This document shows, one piece after another, positions 6,841 to 13,404 of a stretch of 13,404 bases of DNA. Each line of letters begins with the position of its first letter. Within the stretch, counting starts at the first letter, position 1. The DNA is taken from assembly GCA_039208735.1 (NCBI GenBank), contig JBCCQY010000207.1, forward strand, positions 1-13,404, written 5' to 3'. This DNA comes from Myxococcota bacterium (lineage in GTDB: Bacteria > Myxococcota_A > UBA796 > GCA-2862545). A program made the translations under genes and the position numbers. The notes below the pieces were generated by a model. The model searched no databases. It was not told the DNA's origin and saw nothing but the letters and a program-made list of their open reading frames with translations.

Positions 6841-7653
6841 TTACAGCTCGCGGAAAATCGTTATTGGGGCCTCGATTTCATCCATCGTCGTGGGATGCCT
6901 TGTCACTTCGACGCCCGTGTTGCGGATTCGGGCCGAGAACTCGGAGGGCCAACGAAGTTTCACGTGATTCCGGCTCACGAAGAGCCACGCATGGGCCCCC
7001 GCACGTTCCGCGATGACGCCTTGCCCCGTCGACACCACGGCAAGGCCACTCACCTCGGTGATGGGGCGTGGGTAGGTGACGGGAAGCGACCCCTTGCTAC
7101 GGTGCGCATCCCCATTGTAAAAGCGCCACCGGCCTTCTTCCCGCACCACGTAGTCGGGCGGAAGCTCGGGCGGACCTTGAACCCACCGGATCGTGTCATC
7201 GATCAAGAGCTGCAGGGAGGGGTCAGGTCGATCGCAGACCCGACCGAACAACGCGCCTTCGATCACCTTCAGCTCGGCTTCTGAGCCCCCTTCCGGAAAC
7301 GGAAGCTCGTGCATGATCTCGGACAAGGCGAGCACCGCGCTGACCTTCAACCACGGCCGTCCATCGAGCTTGAGTTCGACGTAGGTGGACGAGTAGCCTT
7401 TGCCCTTTTCACGAAGGACCCGCAGCTCATCGGTTCGACGAACCCCATCGAGGTCTCCTCGAATGCGAACCCAGCCTTCCGCATCCGGCTCCTTGCGACG
7501 CACTCGGTCGAAGAGCGACGAGATGCGGCATCGGTCATCGCTTGACCACGTAGCGATAGGCTCGATGGGATGGTCCCATAGCGGTCGCTCCGTGGTTGAG
7601 GGTCTTGGCTCAAGTTCGAAACCCAACCCACAAGCCCACAGCCAGAACATCAC
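6841..7653 (-). CDS. Hypothetical protein, probable lipoprotein (~270 aa)
   Basis: GGAGGGAG lies upstream of GTG/ATG (7653/7650). N-terminus (M)MFWLWA-C. One GDLDG motif; no recognisable family. Confidence 0.7.
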   Translation of the reverse strand: MMFWLWACGLGFELEPRPSTTERPLWDHPIEPIATWSSDDRCRISSLFDRVRRKEPDAEGWVRIRGDLDGVRRTDELRVLREKGKGYSSTYVELKLDGRPWLKVSAVLALSEIMHELPFPEGGSEAELKVIEGALFGRVCDRPDPSLQLLIDDTIRWVQGPPELPPDYVVREEGRWRFYNGDAHRSKGSLPVTYPRPITEVSGLAVVSTGQGVIAERAGAHAWLFVSRNHVKLRWPSEFSARIRNTGVEVTRHPTTMDEIEAPITIFREL

Positions 7654-7691
7654 GTCGAGCTACTCCCTCCCACGCGCCCCGCTCGTATCCC

Positions 7692-8879
7692 CTACTCTTC
7701 TTGGGACACGGCCCGAGGCAACTCCCGTGACACTCCCCGGGGTGTGGGCTGCCAGCTTAGGATGCGCAGCGACGCGGTGCACGCGGCGAACGCGACGAGG
7801 ACGCACTCGATTCGACGATCCCGCCCGGCCGCCTCAAACAATGCAGCACGCGCCCTTGGACTCGACATTCGCGTCGATGCCCGGCCCACGATCATGGCCT
7901 GCTCGGCGAGCGCGAGGGCACGCGGATCGTCTTGCAAGACCCCAACGGCCTCGCGAGCCCATGGTCCGAGCAACGGCGCCTCCGACCCATTCCAGCGGCC
8001 CATCGCGTCACGGACGGCTTCGACCACGCGGTCTCCGAGGACCTGGCGGGCTACCCGAACCAGGGCCGCCCAACCTGTGATTACCGCGTCTGACGTGGCC
8101 TGGCGGCTCGCTCCGCCGGACCATCGCCGAATCTCGGCCTGCTCCGAAGCGGAGACGGTGGCATCGACATCGATGGGATGCGTGACCGCACGAATGGCGG
8201 CCAGCGCTTCGGGCTGCATGGACACGTGCGCCCTAAGCCCATTCGCCAGAAGCGTCGGGGGCGGCTTGGCCATGAAGTCGCCGACCCAACCGATGGGACC
8301 AAGGGTGTCCATCACGCGATTGATGTAGTGAAAGGCGAACAACACGGCGGCTGCGTCAGACTGCTCGTCGAGGGCAAACGGCGTTTCGGTGATCAGCGGG
8401 TCGGACGCATCCTTCGATCGAAAGCCGTAGTTAGCGAGCAATCGCAACCGTTCGGTAGGTAGATCTTGGAACCGGCGCTCACGCAACGCATTGGCCACCG
8501 GCGCGCCCTCGGTCGCTTGCGTGATGGCAAAGTGGTTGTTGCTGCAAAAATAGCACTCGTTGCCCATCGACACGCCGGAGGCCAGAACCTCGCGTTCGCC
8601 CCGTGTGAGCACCACGCCATCAGCCAGGTAGACATCGCGAATGAAGAGGAGCGACGCAAGGTAGGCGTCGGTGTCGAACCGGTGGACCCCCGGCGGAAAC
8701 GCGCCCCACGCGGCCGGTCCAAACTCTCTTCGAGCAATGCGGTAGATCGCGCGAAACCGGATGTGGTCCGCGTAGGGGACCTCGGCGGGCACCGGCGGAG
8801 AACGCAGCACCCACGAGCCCAGGGTTGCCACCGCCCCCACCGCCCCCGCCGCCGAGGCGGTAAAGACCGGGTCGATCAA
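7692..8879 (-). CDS. AhpD/carboxymuconolactone decarboxylase-family protein (long form), paralog 2, N-terminal hydrophobic segment
   Basis: LTRGEREVLASGVSMGNECYFCSNNH (E...N-x-CxxC-xxx-H; CYFC at 8544-8555) and AFHYINR motif. TTG start overlaps the upstream stop (TTGA). Confidence 0.88.
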   Translation of the reverse strand: MIDPVFTASAAGAVGAVATLGSWVLRSPPVPAEVPYADHIRFRAIYRIARREFGPAAWGAFPPGVHRFDTDAYLASLLFIRDVYLADGVVLTRGEREVLASGVSMGNECYFCSNNHFAITQATEGAPVANALRERRFQDLPTERLRLLANYGFRSKDASDPLITETPFALDEQSDAAAVLFAFHYINRVMDTLGPIGWVGDFMAKPPPTLLANGLRAHVSMQPEALAAIRAVTHPIDVDATVSASEQAEIRRWSGGASRQATSDAVITGWAALVRVARQVLGDRVVEAVRDAMGRWNGSEAPLLGPWAREAVGVLQDDPRALALAEQAMIVGRASTRMSSPRARAALFEAAGRDRRIECVLVAFAACTASLRILSWQPTPRGVSRELPRAVSQEE

Positions 8880-10081
8880 GGAAACACCGTGCGAGGCTCG
8901 GCGTTCGGTCGGGTGGGCGTGTTGTCAGGGCTCACCGCTCCACGAGCCGCGTTCATCGGCAGCCACTCGTTGACCCGTAGCGCCGCGGCACAGGCTGCGT
9001 AGGCCACCAACACCAGGCGCTTGCGCAGGCTGCCATCGCAAGCCTGAAGGACCAGGTCGGGATCAACGCGGTGAGCGCACCGCGCAATCAAGATGCCGAA
9101 CTCTCCGAGTCGACGATTATTCTCGGTCGAAAGCGATTTTGTGTGTTCGCGGTGCCAATGTCCCGTCAGCGGATACTCCCCGCCGGTCCAGCTCCGCAGG
9201 TGACGGCGAATCGCGACCAGGACCTCGGCATCGAACAGCTCGGCAGCCACCGCGCTAATCATGGACCATACATACCGGACGGAATCTCGCTTCGCGGGAT
9301 CGTCAAGGGTCCAGCGCCGGATCGCATCGTCATCGTCATCGATCGAGGCCATGCGAACCTGGTTGGACCAGGGCCGAATTGCGTCGAGCGCAGCTCCAGG
9401 CTCATAGGACCGCTTGAGACCCAGAATTGTGGCCAACGCGGTGGGAGGCGGCTTGGCGAACGCTTCTCGCTGGATGCCTGTCGTAGGACCCACGACATCA
9501 ACAATGCGGTTCACGTAATTGAAGCCAAAGAGCGTCATCGCAATGTCGGAAAGCTCAACTGCGGTGAACGCGGACGCCAATTCGGGAAGGTTCGCCGGCT
9601 GCTTCGCCATCAGTGCGAAGCGCGCGAGCTGGCGATGCCGGGGATCTTCGATCTGGTCGACCTCGCGCTCCATGACGAGCTTCTCGATGCCCGAGATGGG
9701 CGAGGCCTGCAGCAGCGCCGAGTGGTTGTGGGTGCAGTAGTAGCAGGTGTTGGAAACCGAAACCGTCGTGGCGACCAGCTCCCGTTCCACCCGCGAAATT
9801 CCTGCGGTATCGGAAAGGTAGCAGTCCCGAATGAGGACGAAACCGCCCGCTGCGTAGACCCGCGCATCGAAGCGCTGAAGACCAGGCGGGAACTGGCCCC
9901 AAGCCGCAAAAAGAAATTCCCGCCGAGCGGCGACGAAAACCGCCCGGAAGAAGTTCCGTTCTTCCTGCGGAATCTCGCGTGGAATGGGAGGCCGGTACAA
10001 GGCTGTGCGAGCCAACAATACGGCAACGACGGCCCCTCCCAAGATTCCGATCGCCAGCAAAGCCAGTGCGAGTGCAGTCAC
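8876..10081 (-). CDS. AhpD/carboxymuconolactone decarboxylase-family protein (long form), paralog 1, N-terminal TM anchor
   Basis: ISRVERELVATTVSVSNTCYYCTHNH (CYYC at 9734-9745) and GFNYVNR. Strong TM segment ALALALLAIGILGGAVVAVLLA. GTG 10081 has an SD-like GGGGGACAGG; the alternative start is GTG 10096. Confidence 0.88.
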   Translation of the reverse strand: MTALALALLAIGILGGAVVAVLLARTALYRPPIPREIPQEERNFFRAVFVAARREFLFAAWGQFPPGLQRFDARVYAAGGFVLIRDCYLSDTAGISRVERELVATTVSVSNTCYYCTHNHSALLQASPISGIEKLVMEREVDQIEDPRHRQLARFALMAKQPANLPELASAFTAVELSDIAMTLFGFNYVNRIVDVVGPTTGIQREAFAKPPPTALATILGLKRSYEPGAALDAIRPWSNQVRMASIDDDDDAIRRWTLDDPAKRDSVRYVWSMISAVAAELFDAEVLVAIRRHLRSWTGGEYPLTGHWHREHTKSLSTENNRRLGEFGILIARCAHRVDPDLVLQACDGSLRKRLVLVAYAACAAALRVNEWLPMNAARGAVSPDNTPTRPNAEPRTVFP

Positions 10082-10096
10082 ACGCCTGTCCCCCAC

Positions 10097-10149
10097 CGAG
10101 AGGGCATCGGTCCCCGCGAGGCCCCTCTCGAATTAGCGACAGGGTAGCA
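10097..10149 (-). promoter_or_regulatory. Candidate extended -10 promoter plus leader hairpin upstream of the AhpD-like pair
   Basis: Minus strand TG-C-TACCCT (10141-10149) fits TGnTAnnnT. An 8-bp inverted repeat CGAGAGGG...CCCTCTCG lies at 10097-10104/10123-10130. Confidence 0.35.
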
Positions 10150-10156
10150 CGCGCGA

Positions 10157-11143
10157 TCACCCCGAAGTGGCACCCTGCGTCTCCACGAAGTGAAGCGAAC
10201 GCGCCATTGTGCGGCGGTCGCGGATGGGAACCGCCCGGTCGACCATCCAAGAAACGAGGGTGTGCCGGCCCTTGGCTACTTCGACCCGAAGGACGGCCGA
10301 AGAGTGGAAAAGGTTGAAGAGCCCCAACCCGGCCCCTCCTTCGGAATCGTCAATCACCGTGCCCCACCGTGGGGCCTGGGCCCCTGAACGGCCTCGTAGA
10401 ATGCCGCCAAACACCTTCTGCCGCGGCAGGCGTCCAAAGGGATCCGACACATCGAGGGCCAGGTGTGAGGAGTCGACGGTCAATTGCATCGTAGGAACTT
10501 CGCCCTGTTCAAGTGCGATCGAGGCTTGTCGGTCTCCGGCGTACCGGCGCCGTCCTCGTGAATCGATGGGCGCGTCGTACATGGCGTTCATGAGCAGTTC
10601 GTGGGCCGCATCGGCCGCCGTTGCGGCCACCCGCCGGGTGATCCCAAAGCGCGTCGCCACGAGTTCGACGGCACGCACCGCACGTTCGCGATCCTCGCTG
10701 GTGCGAGGGTGCCAAGTGACCGTGCTGCCACCCCAAAGCAGCATCTGGGAGGAAGGGGGAGTGTGCTGCTCTGGAGCCACCGCCCGCCGTGTGATGTAGG
10801 ACAGCTCCCACGGCCGAACCCCGGCGGGCAACCACGCGAGTAGACCAACGATCTGGGGAACGCGCAACGCCGTACCGATCAGCCGATCCGTCGTCTCTGG
10901 CGTGAGCACGGCGATGCGGATGTTGGGGTAGTCCTTGGTGACGGCTACGGCCTCATCGAGCTGATCGGGCCCCACCACCATGAGCCGGCACACCCCCGCG
11001 AGGCGCCCCATCGTGTCGGCCACGGTGGGACCGGCAATCAAAGGCATGCCACTTGCCGCAGACGACATGCATCGGCCCACCGAGGGCGCAGCCGCATCGT
11101 GAATCACGAGCGCCATGAACGGAGTCGCCGAATCCTGAGGCAT
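10157..11143 (-). CDS. GHKL/HATPase_c-like ATP-binding regulatory protein (anti-sigma-factor-kinase-like C-terminus, degenerate receiver-like N-terminus)
   Basis: N-box AHELLMNAMYDAP, G1-like LDVSDPFG, G2-like GGAGLGL. GGAG upstream of ATG 11143. No H-box or TM segment seen. Confidence 0.75.
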   Translation of the reverse strand: MPQDSATPFMALVIHDAAAPSVGRCMSSAASGMPLIAGPTVADTMGRLAGVCRLMVVGPDQLDEAVAVTKDYPNIRIAVLTPETTDRLIGTALRVPQIVGLLAWLPAGVRPWELSYITRRAVAPEQHTPPSSQMLLWGGSTVTWHPRTSEDRERAVRAVELVATRFGITRRVAATAADAAHELLMNAMYDAPIDSRGRRRYAGDRQASIALEQGEVPTMQLTVDSSHLALDVSDPFGRLPRQKVFGGILRGRSGAQAPRWGTVIDDSEGGAGLGLFNLFHSSAVLRVEVAKGRHTLVSWMVDRAVPIRDRRTMARSLHFVETQGATSG

Positions 11144-11199
11144 GCGCTCTCCAAAGGGCCGCTGCCGAGGCTAACCCTTGCAACACGTCGATGTCTCGA

Positions 11200-12069
11200 T
11201 CACGAAACGAGGTCGCCGAGTCCGTGGTCTTGAACCCGAACGCAGCGATTTCGAATCGTACCGATGCCTTCGATCGTGGTGCGAACCACGTCGCCATCCG
11301 ACAGGTACTGTCGTTTCAATGCGCCGACCCCTTCGGGTGTGCCGGTGAAGATCAGATCGCCAGGTTCCAACGAGGTGACCCGCGAAAGGTACGCTACGAG
11401 CGTGGGCACGTCGAACAGCATGCTGCCAAGCACATCGCTTTGGCGCGCTTCGTCGTTGATCCAGGTTTCCAGACGAGCCGTGTCCAGTCGGACAAGGTCG
11501 GGGGAGGCCACGACGGGCCCGATCGGCCCAAAAGTGTCAAACGACTTGCCCAAAGCGAAGTGCACGGGTTTAGCCGCGAATTGGGTTCGGCGATCCGAGA
11601 TGTCTTGTCCCACCGTGAAGCCAGCCACCGCCGCCAGGGCCTCTGCCTTGGTGAGATCCTTCGCGGGTTCGCCGATCACAACCACCAGCTCACCTTCGTA
11701 ATCGCAGCGGTCTGAACGCATCGCCACGTCGCTGTTTGGACCTGTGATGCACGTGGGGAACTTCGTAAAGACGAGGGGATGCTTCGGGACTTCGAAGTCC
11801 CCCTCTTCGGCATGAGCCCGATAATTGAGCCCAATTGCGAAGATTTTGGCAGGCCGAGGAACGGGAGGACCCAGTTCGACCTCCATCAGCTGGGCCACGG
11901 CCGATCGTTCCTCCAACCGTTGGGCAAGCTGCGACAACTCGGGCGCACGCGCCAAAGCCGCTACGGGATCGGCCGGCAAGGCTCCATCGCTGCACGACGC
12001 CACGTCGTAAAGGTCCGCGCCATCGACCAAAACCGCGCGTCCCTCGAGGTTGCCGAGTCGAAACCCCAT
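11200..12069 (-). CDS. Fumarylacetoacetate hydrolase (FAH) family protein
   Basis: KIFAIGLNYRAH, PLVFTK, DYEGELVVVIG, GQDISDR, GKSFDTFGPIGP and PGDLIFTGTPEGVG. ATG 12069 forms a TGATG overlap with the upstream stop. Confidence 0.95.
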   Translation of the reverse strand: MGFRLGNLEGRAVLVDGADLYDVASCSDGALPADPVAALARAPELSQLAQRLEERSAVAQLMEVELGPPVPRPAKIFAIGLNYRAHAEEGDFEVPKHPLVFTKFPTCITGPNSDVAMRSDRCDYEGELVVVIGEPAKDLTKAEALAAVAGFTVGQDISDRRTQFAAKPVHFALGKSFDTFGPIGPVVASPDLVRLDTARLETWINDEARQSDVLGSMLFDVPTLVAYLSRVTSLEPGDLIFTGTPEGVGALKRQYLSDGDVVRTTIEGIGTIRNRCVRVQDHGLGDLVS

Positions 12070-13404
12070 CACCACAGCCCGTTGAGGGTGAAGAACGCCG
12101 CGGTCGCTGCGACAGCCCCTGCGATTCCCATGGCATCGGCCGTGAGGGCAGCGGCCAGACCATGACGCACCCGCTGGACCTGCACCGCGCCAAAGTAGAC
12201 CGCCAGGACGTAGAAGGTGGTTTCCGTGGAGCCTTGGAGGGTACTGACGAGGAAGCCGATGTAGCTGTCGGGGCCATGCTCGGTCATCAGCGCCATCATG
12301 AGGCCGTAGGCACCCGATCCCGACAGGGGACGCAACAGGGCCATCGGCAGGGCTTCAGCCGGCATGCCCACCATCGCCGTCGCGCCCCCCACGAGGTTGA
12401 CGAAGTCGTCGATCGCACCCGAGCCGCGCAGCATCCCCACCATGGCGAGGATGGTGACGAGAAACGGGATGATGCGGACCGCGACGTCCCAGCCTTCCTT
12501 CGCGCCAGCCACGAACGTCTCGTAGACGGGCACGCCATTGACCACCCCAAACGTCAAAAAGCCGACCACCATGAGTGGAACCACCCAAATCCCGATCAAC
12601 TCGCCGTAGACGAGCGAAAGGGGAACCAGCGTCAACAACGCGGCGATCGCGAGCAACGAGACCCACAGCGGATAGGCCTCGTCTGCTTCGCCGCTCACGC
12701 TCGCCACCTCGGCTTGAACCGACGCAATGGCCTCGGGATCCGTGGGCTCGGGGGCGGGAACAAACCGCTGGTAGAGCTTGGCCGCCAAAATCGCCGTGGT
12801 GGTGGACAGGATGGTCGCCGCCAACGTGGTGGGGAGGACCCCCGCCGACATTTCGGACCCCAGAGCCTCTCGAATCGCAATCACACCGGTCGGCAGCAGG
12901 GTCACCGAGCTGGTGTTGATGGCGAGGACCAAGCACATCGCGTTGGTCGCCGTGCCTTTTGTGGCATTGAGTTTGTCGAGTTCCTCCATCGCGCGAATGC
13001 CAAACGGCGTCGCCGCATTGCCAAGCCCGAGCGCATTCGCCGACATGTTGAGGATCATCGCTGACATGGCCGGGTGCGTCGGCGGAATGTCCGGGAAGAG
13101 GAGCACCATCACGGGCCGTAAGAGCTTGGCGATGACCTTCATCGCTCCGGCCTCTTCGGCGACCTTCATCAGGCCAAGAAAGAACGCCATGGCCCCTACG
13201 AGGGGCAAGACCACGTTCATGACGGCGATCTTGGCCATGTCGAACAGCGACTCCGAGAACTTCTGCATGGCGCGCTTTTCGCCCCATCCAAACTTCCCGA
13301 TCCGCGTGAGCGTCGACGCGGCTTTGGCTCCCGTGATCCGCTGGTCCTCAGCCAAATGGACGGTGACCGCCGAGGTCAACGAGGCCCCCACCCCCCCACG
13401 CCGC
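12069..13404 (-). CDS. spmAB: Fused SpmA-SpmB (spore maturation protein A/B-like, nucleoside-recognition Gate domain) membrane protein; 5' partial
   Basis: SpmA half: LGLMKVAEEAG, LFPDIP, NMSANALGLGNAATPFGIRAMEEL, LAINTSSVTLLP. SpmB half: VYETFVAGAKEG, LLRPLSGSGA, GPDSYIG, GSTETTFYVLAVYFGAV. The frame is open to the right edge. Confidence 0.92.
   Translation of the reverse strand, partial: RRGGVGASLTSAVTVHLAEDQRITGAKAASTLTRIGKFGWGEKRAMQKFSESLFDMAKIAVMNVVLPLVGAMAFFLGLMKVAEEAGAMKVIAKLLRPVMVLLFPDIPPTHPAMSAMILNMSANALGLGNAATPFGIRAMEELDKLNATKGTATNAMCLVLAINTSSVTLLPTGVIAIREALGSEMSAGVLPTTLAATILSTTTAILAAKLYQRFVPAPEPTDPEAIASVQAEVASVSGEADEAYPLWVSLLAIAALLTLVPLSLVYGELIGIWVVPLMVVGFLTFGVVNGVPVYETFVAGAKEGWDVAVRIIPFLVTILAMVGMLRGSGAIDDFVNLVGGATAMVGMPAEALPMALLRPLSGSGAYGLMMALMTEHGPDSYIGFLVSTLQGSTETTFYVLAVYFGAVQVQRVRHGLAAALTADAMGIAGAVAATAAFFTLNGLW

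Noticed and set aside
7692..10081. AhpD-like pair as part of a secondary-metabolite or RiPP cluster
   Set aside because: No PKS/NRPS, halogenase, YcaO, radical SAM or credible precursor peptide is present in the window.
11144..11199. Imperfect hairpin (AAGGG...CCCTT) and TAGCCT -10-like hexamer upstream of the GHKL gene
   Set aside because: The stem is short and G-U dependent and there is no properly spaced -35, so it is within chance expectation.
3..13064. Long plus-strand ORFs (e.g. 329-922, 1587-3083, 4087-5226, 9071-10147, 11835-13064)
   Set aside because: They are antisense shadows of motif-supported minus-strand genes in high-GC DNA, have His/Arg/Pro-rich composition, and show no recognisable motifs.
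13385..13397. C5-A-C7 run (G-rich on the coding strand) as a phase-variation tract
   Set aside because: It is short, at the window edge and in frame as Gly-Gly-Val-Gly, so it cannot be evaluated without upstream sequence.
1..13404. Frequent CGATCG/TCGA words, and possible CRISPR, tRNA, IS or tandem repeats
   Set aside because: The words are explained by codon usage (ATC/GTC/CTC followed by GAN). No regularly spaced repeats, cloverleaf, transposase or terminal inverted repeats were seen, and all intergenic gaps are 120 nt or less.
12069..13404. spmAB as evidence of endospore formation
   Set aside because: Fused SpmAB occurs in non-endospore-formers, and the Omp85 gene indicates a diderm envelope.

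Overview
GC-rich window (roughly mid-60s % by eye) containing 12 co-oriented minus-strand CDSs. Six junctions overlap (GTGA x2, TGATG x2, TTGA, and one 17-nt overlap). Gene content looks like a Myxococcota-type bacterium (inference). In transcription order (right to left): SpmA-SpmB fusion membrane protein (5' partial); fumarylacetoacetate hydrolase family protein; GHKL/HATPase-like regulator; two tandem, translationally coupled AhpD/CMD-family CxxC paralogs, each with an N-terminal hydrophobic anchor; an unknown lipoprotein; a signal-peptide-bearing caspase-family (C14) protease coupled to two beta-helix lipoproteins; a 2-TM hypothetical protein; a small P-loop ATPase; and a POTRA-domain TamA/BamA-like lipoprotein. 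The last gene is missing from the ORF track, runs off the left edge, and carries an apparent 1-nt frameshift near position 90. The best candidates for uncharacterised systems are the exported caspase + two beta-helix lipoprotein operon and the membrane-anchored AhpD-like pair. No RNA genes, CRISPR arrays or mobile elements were seen. All family calls come from motif recognition by eye, not database searches.
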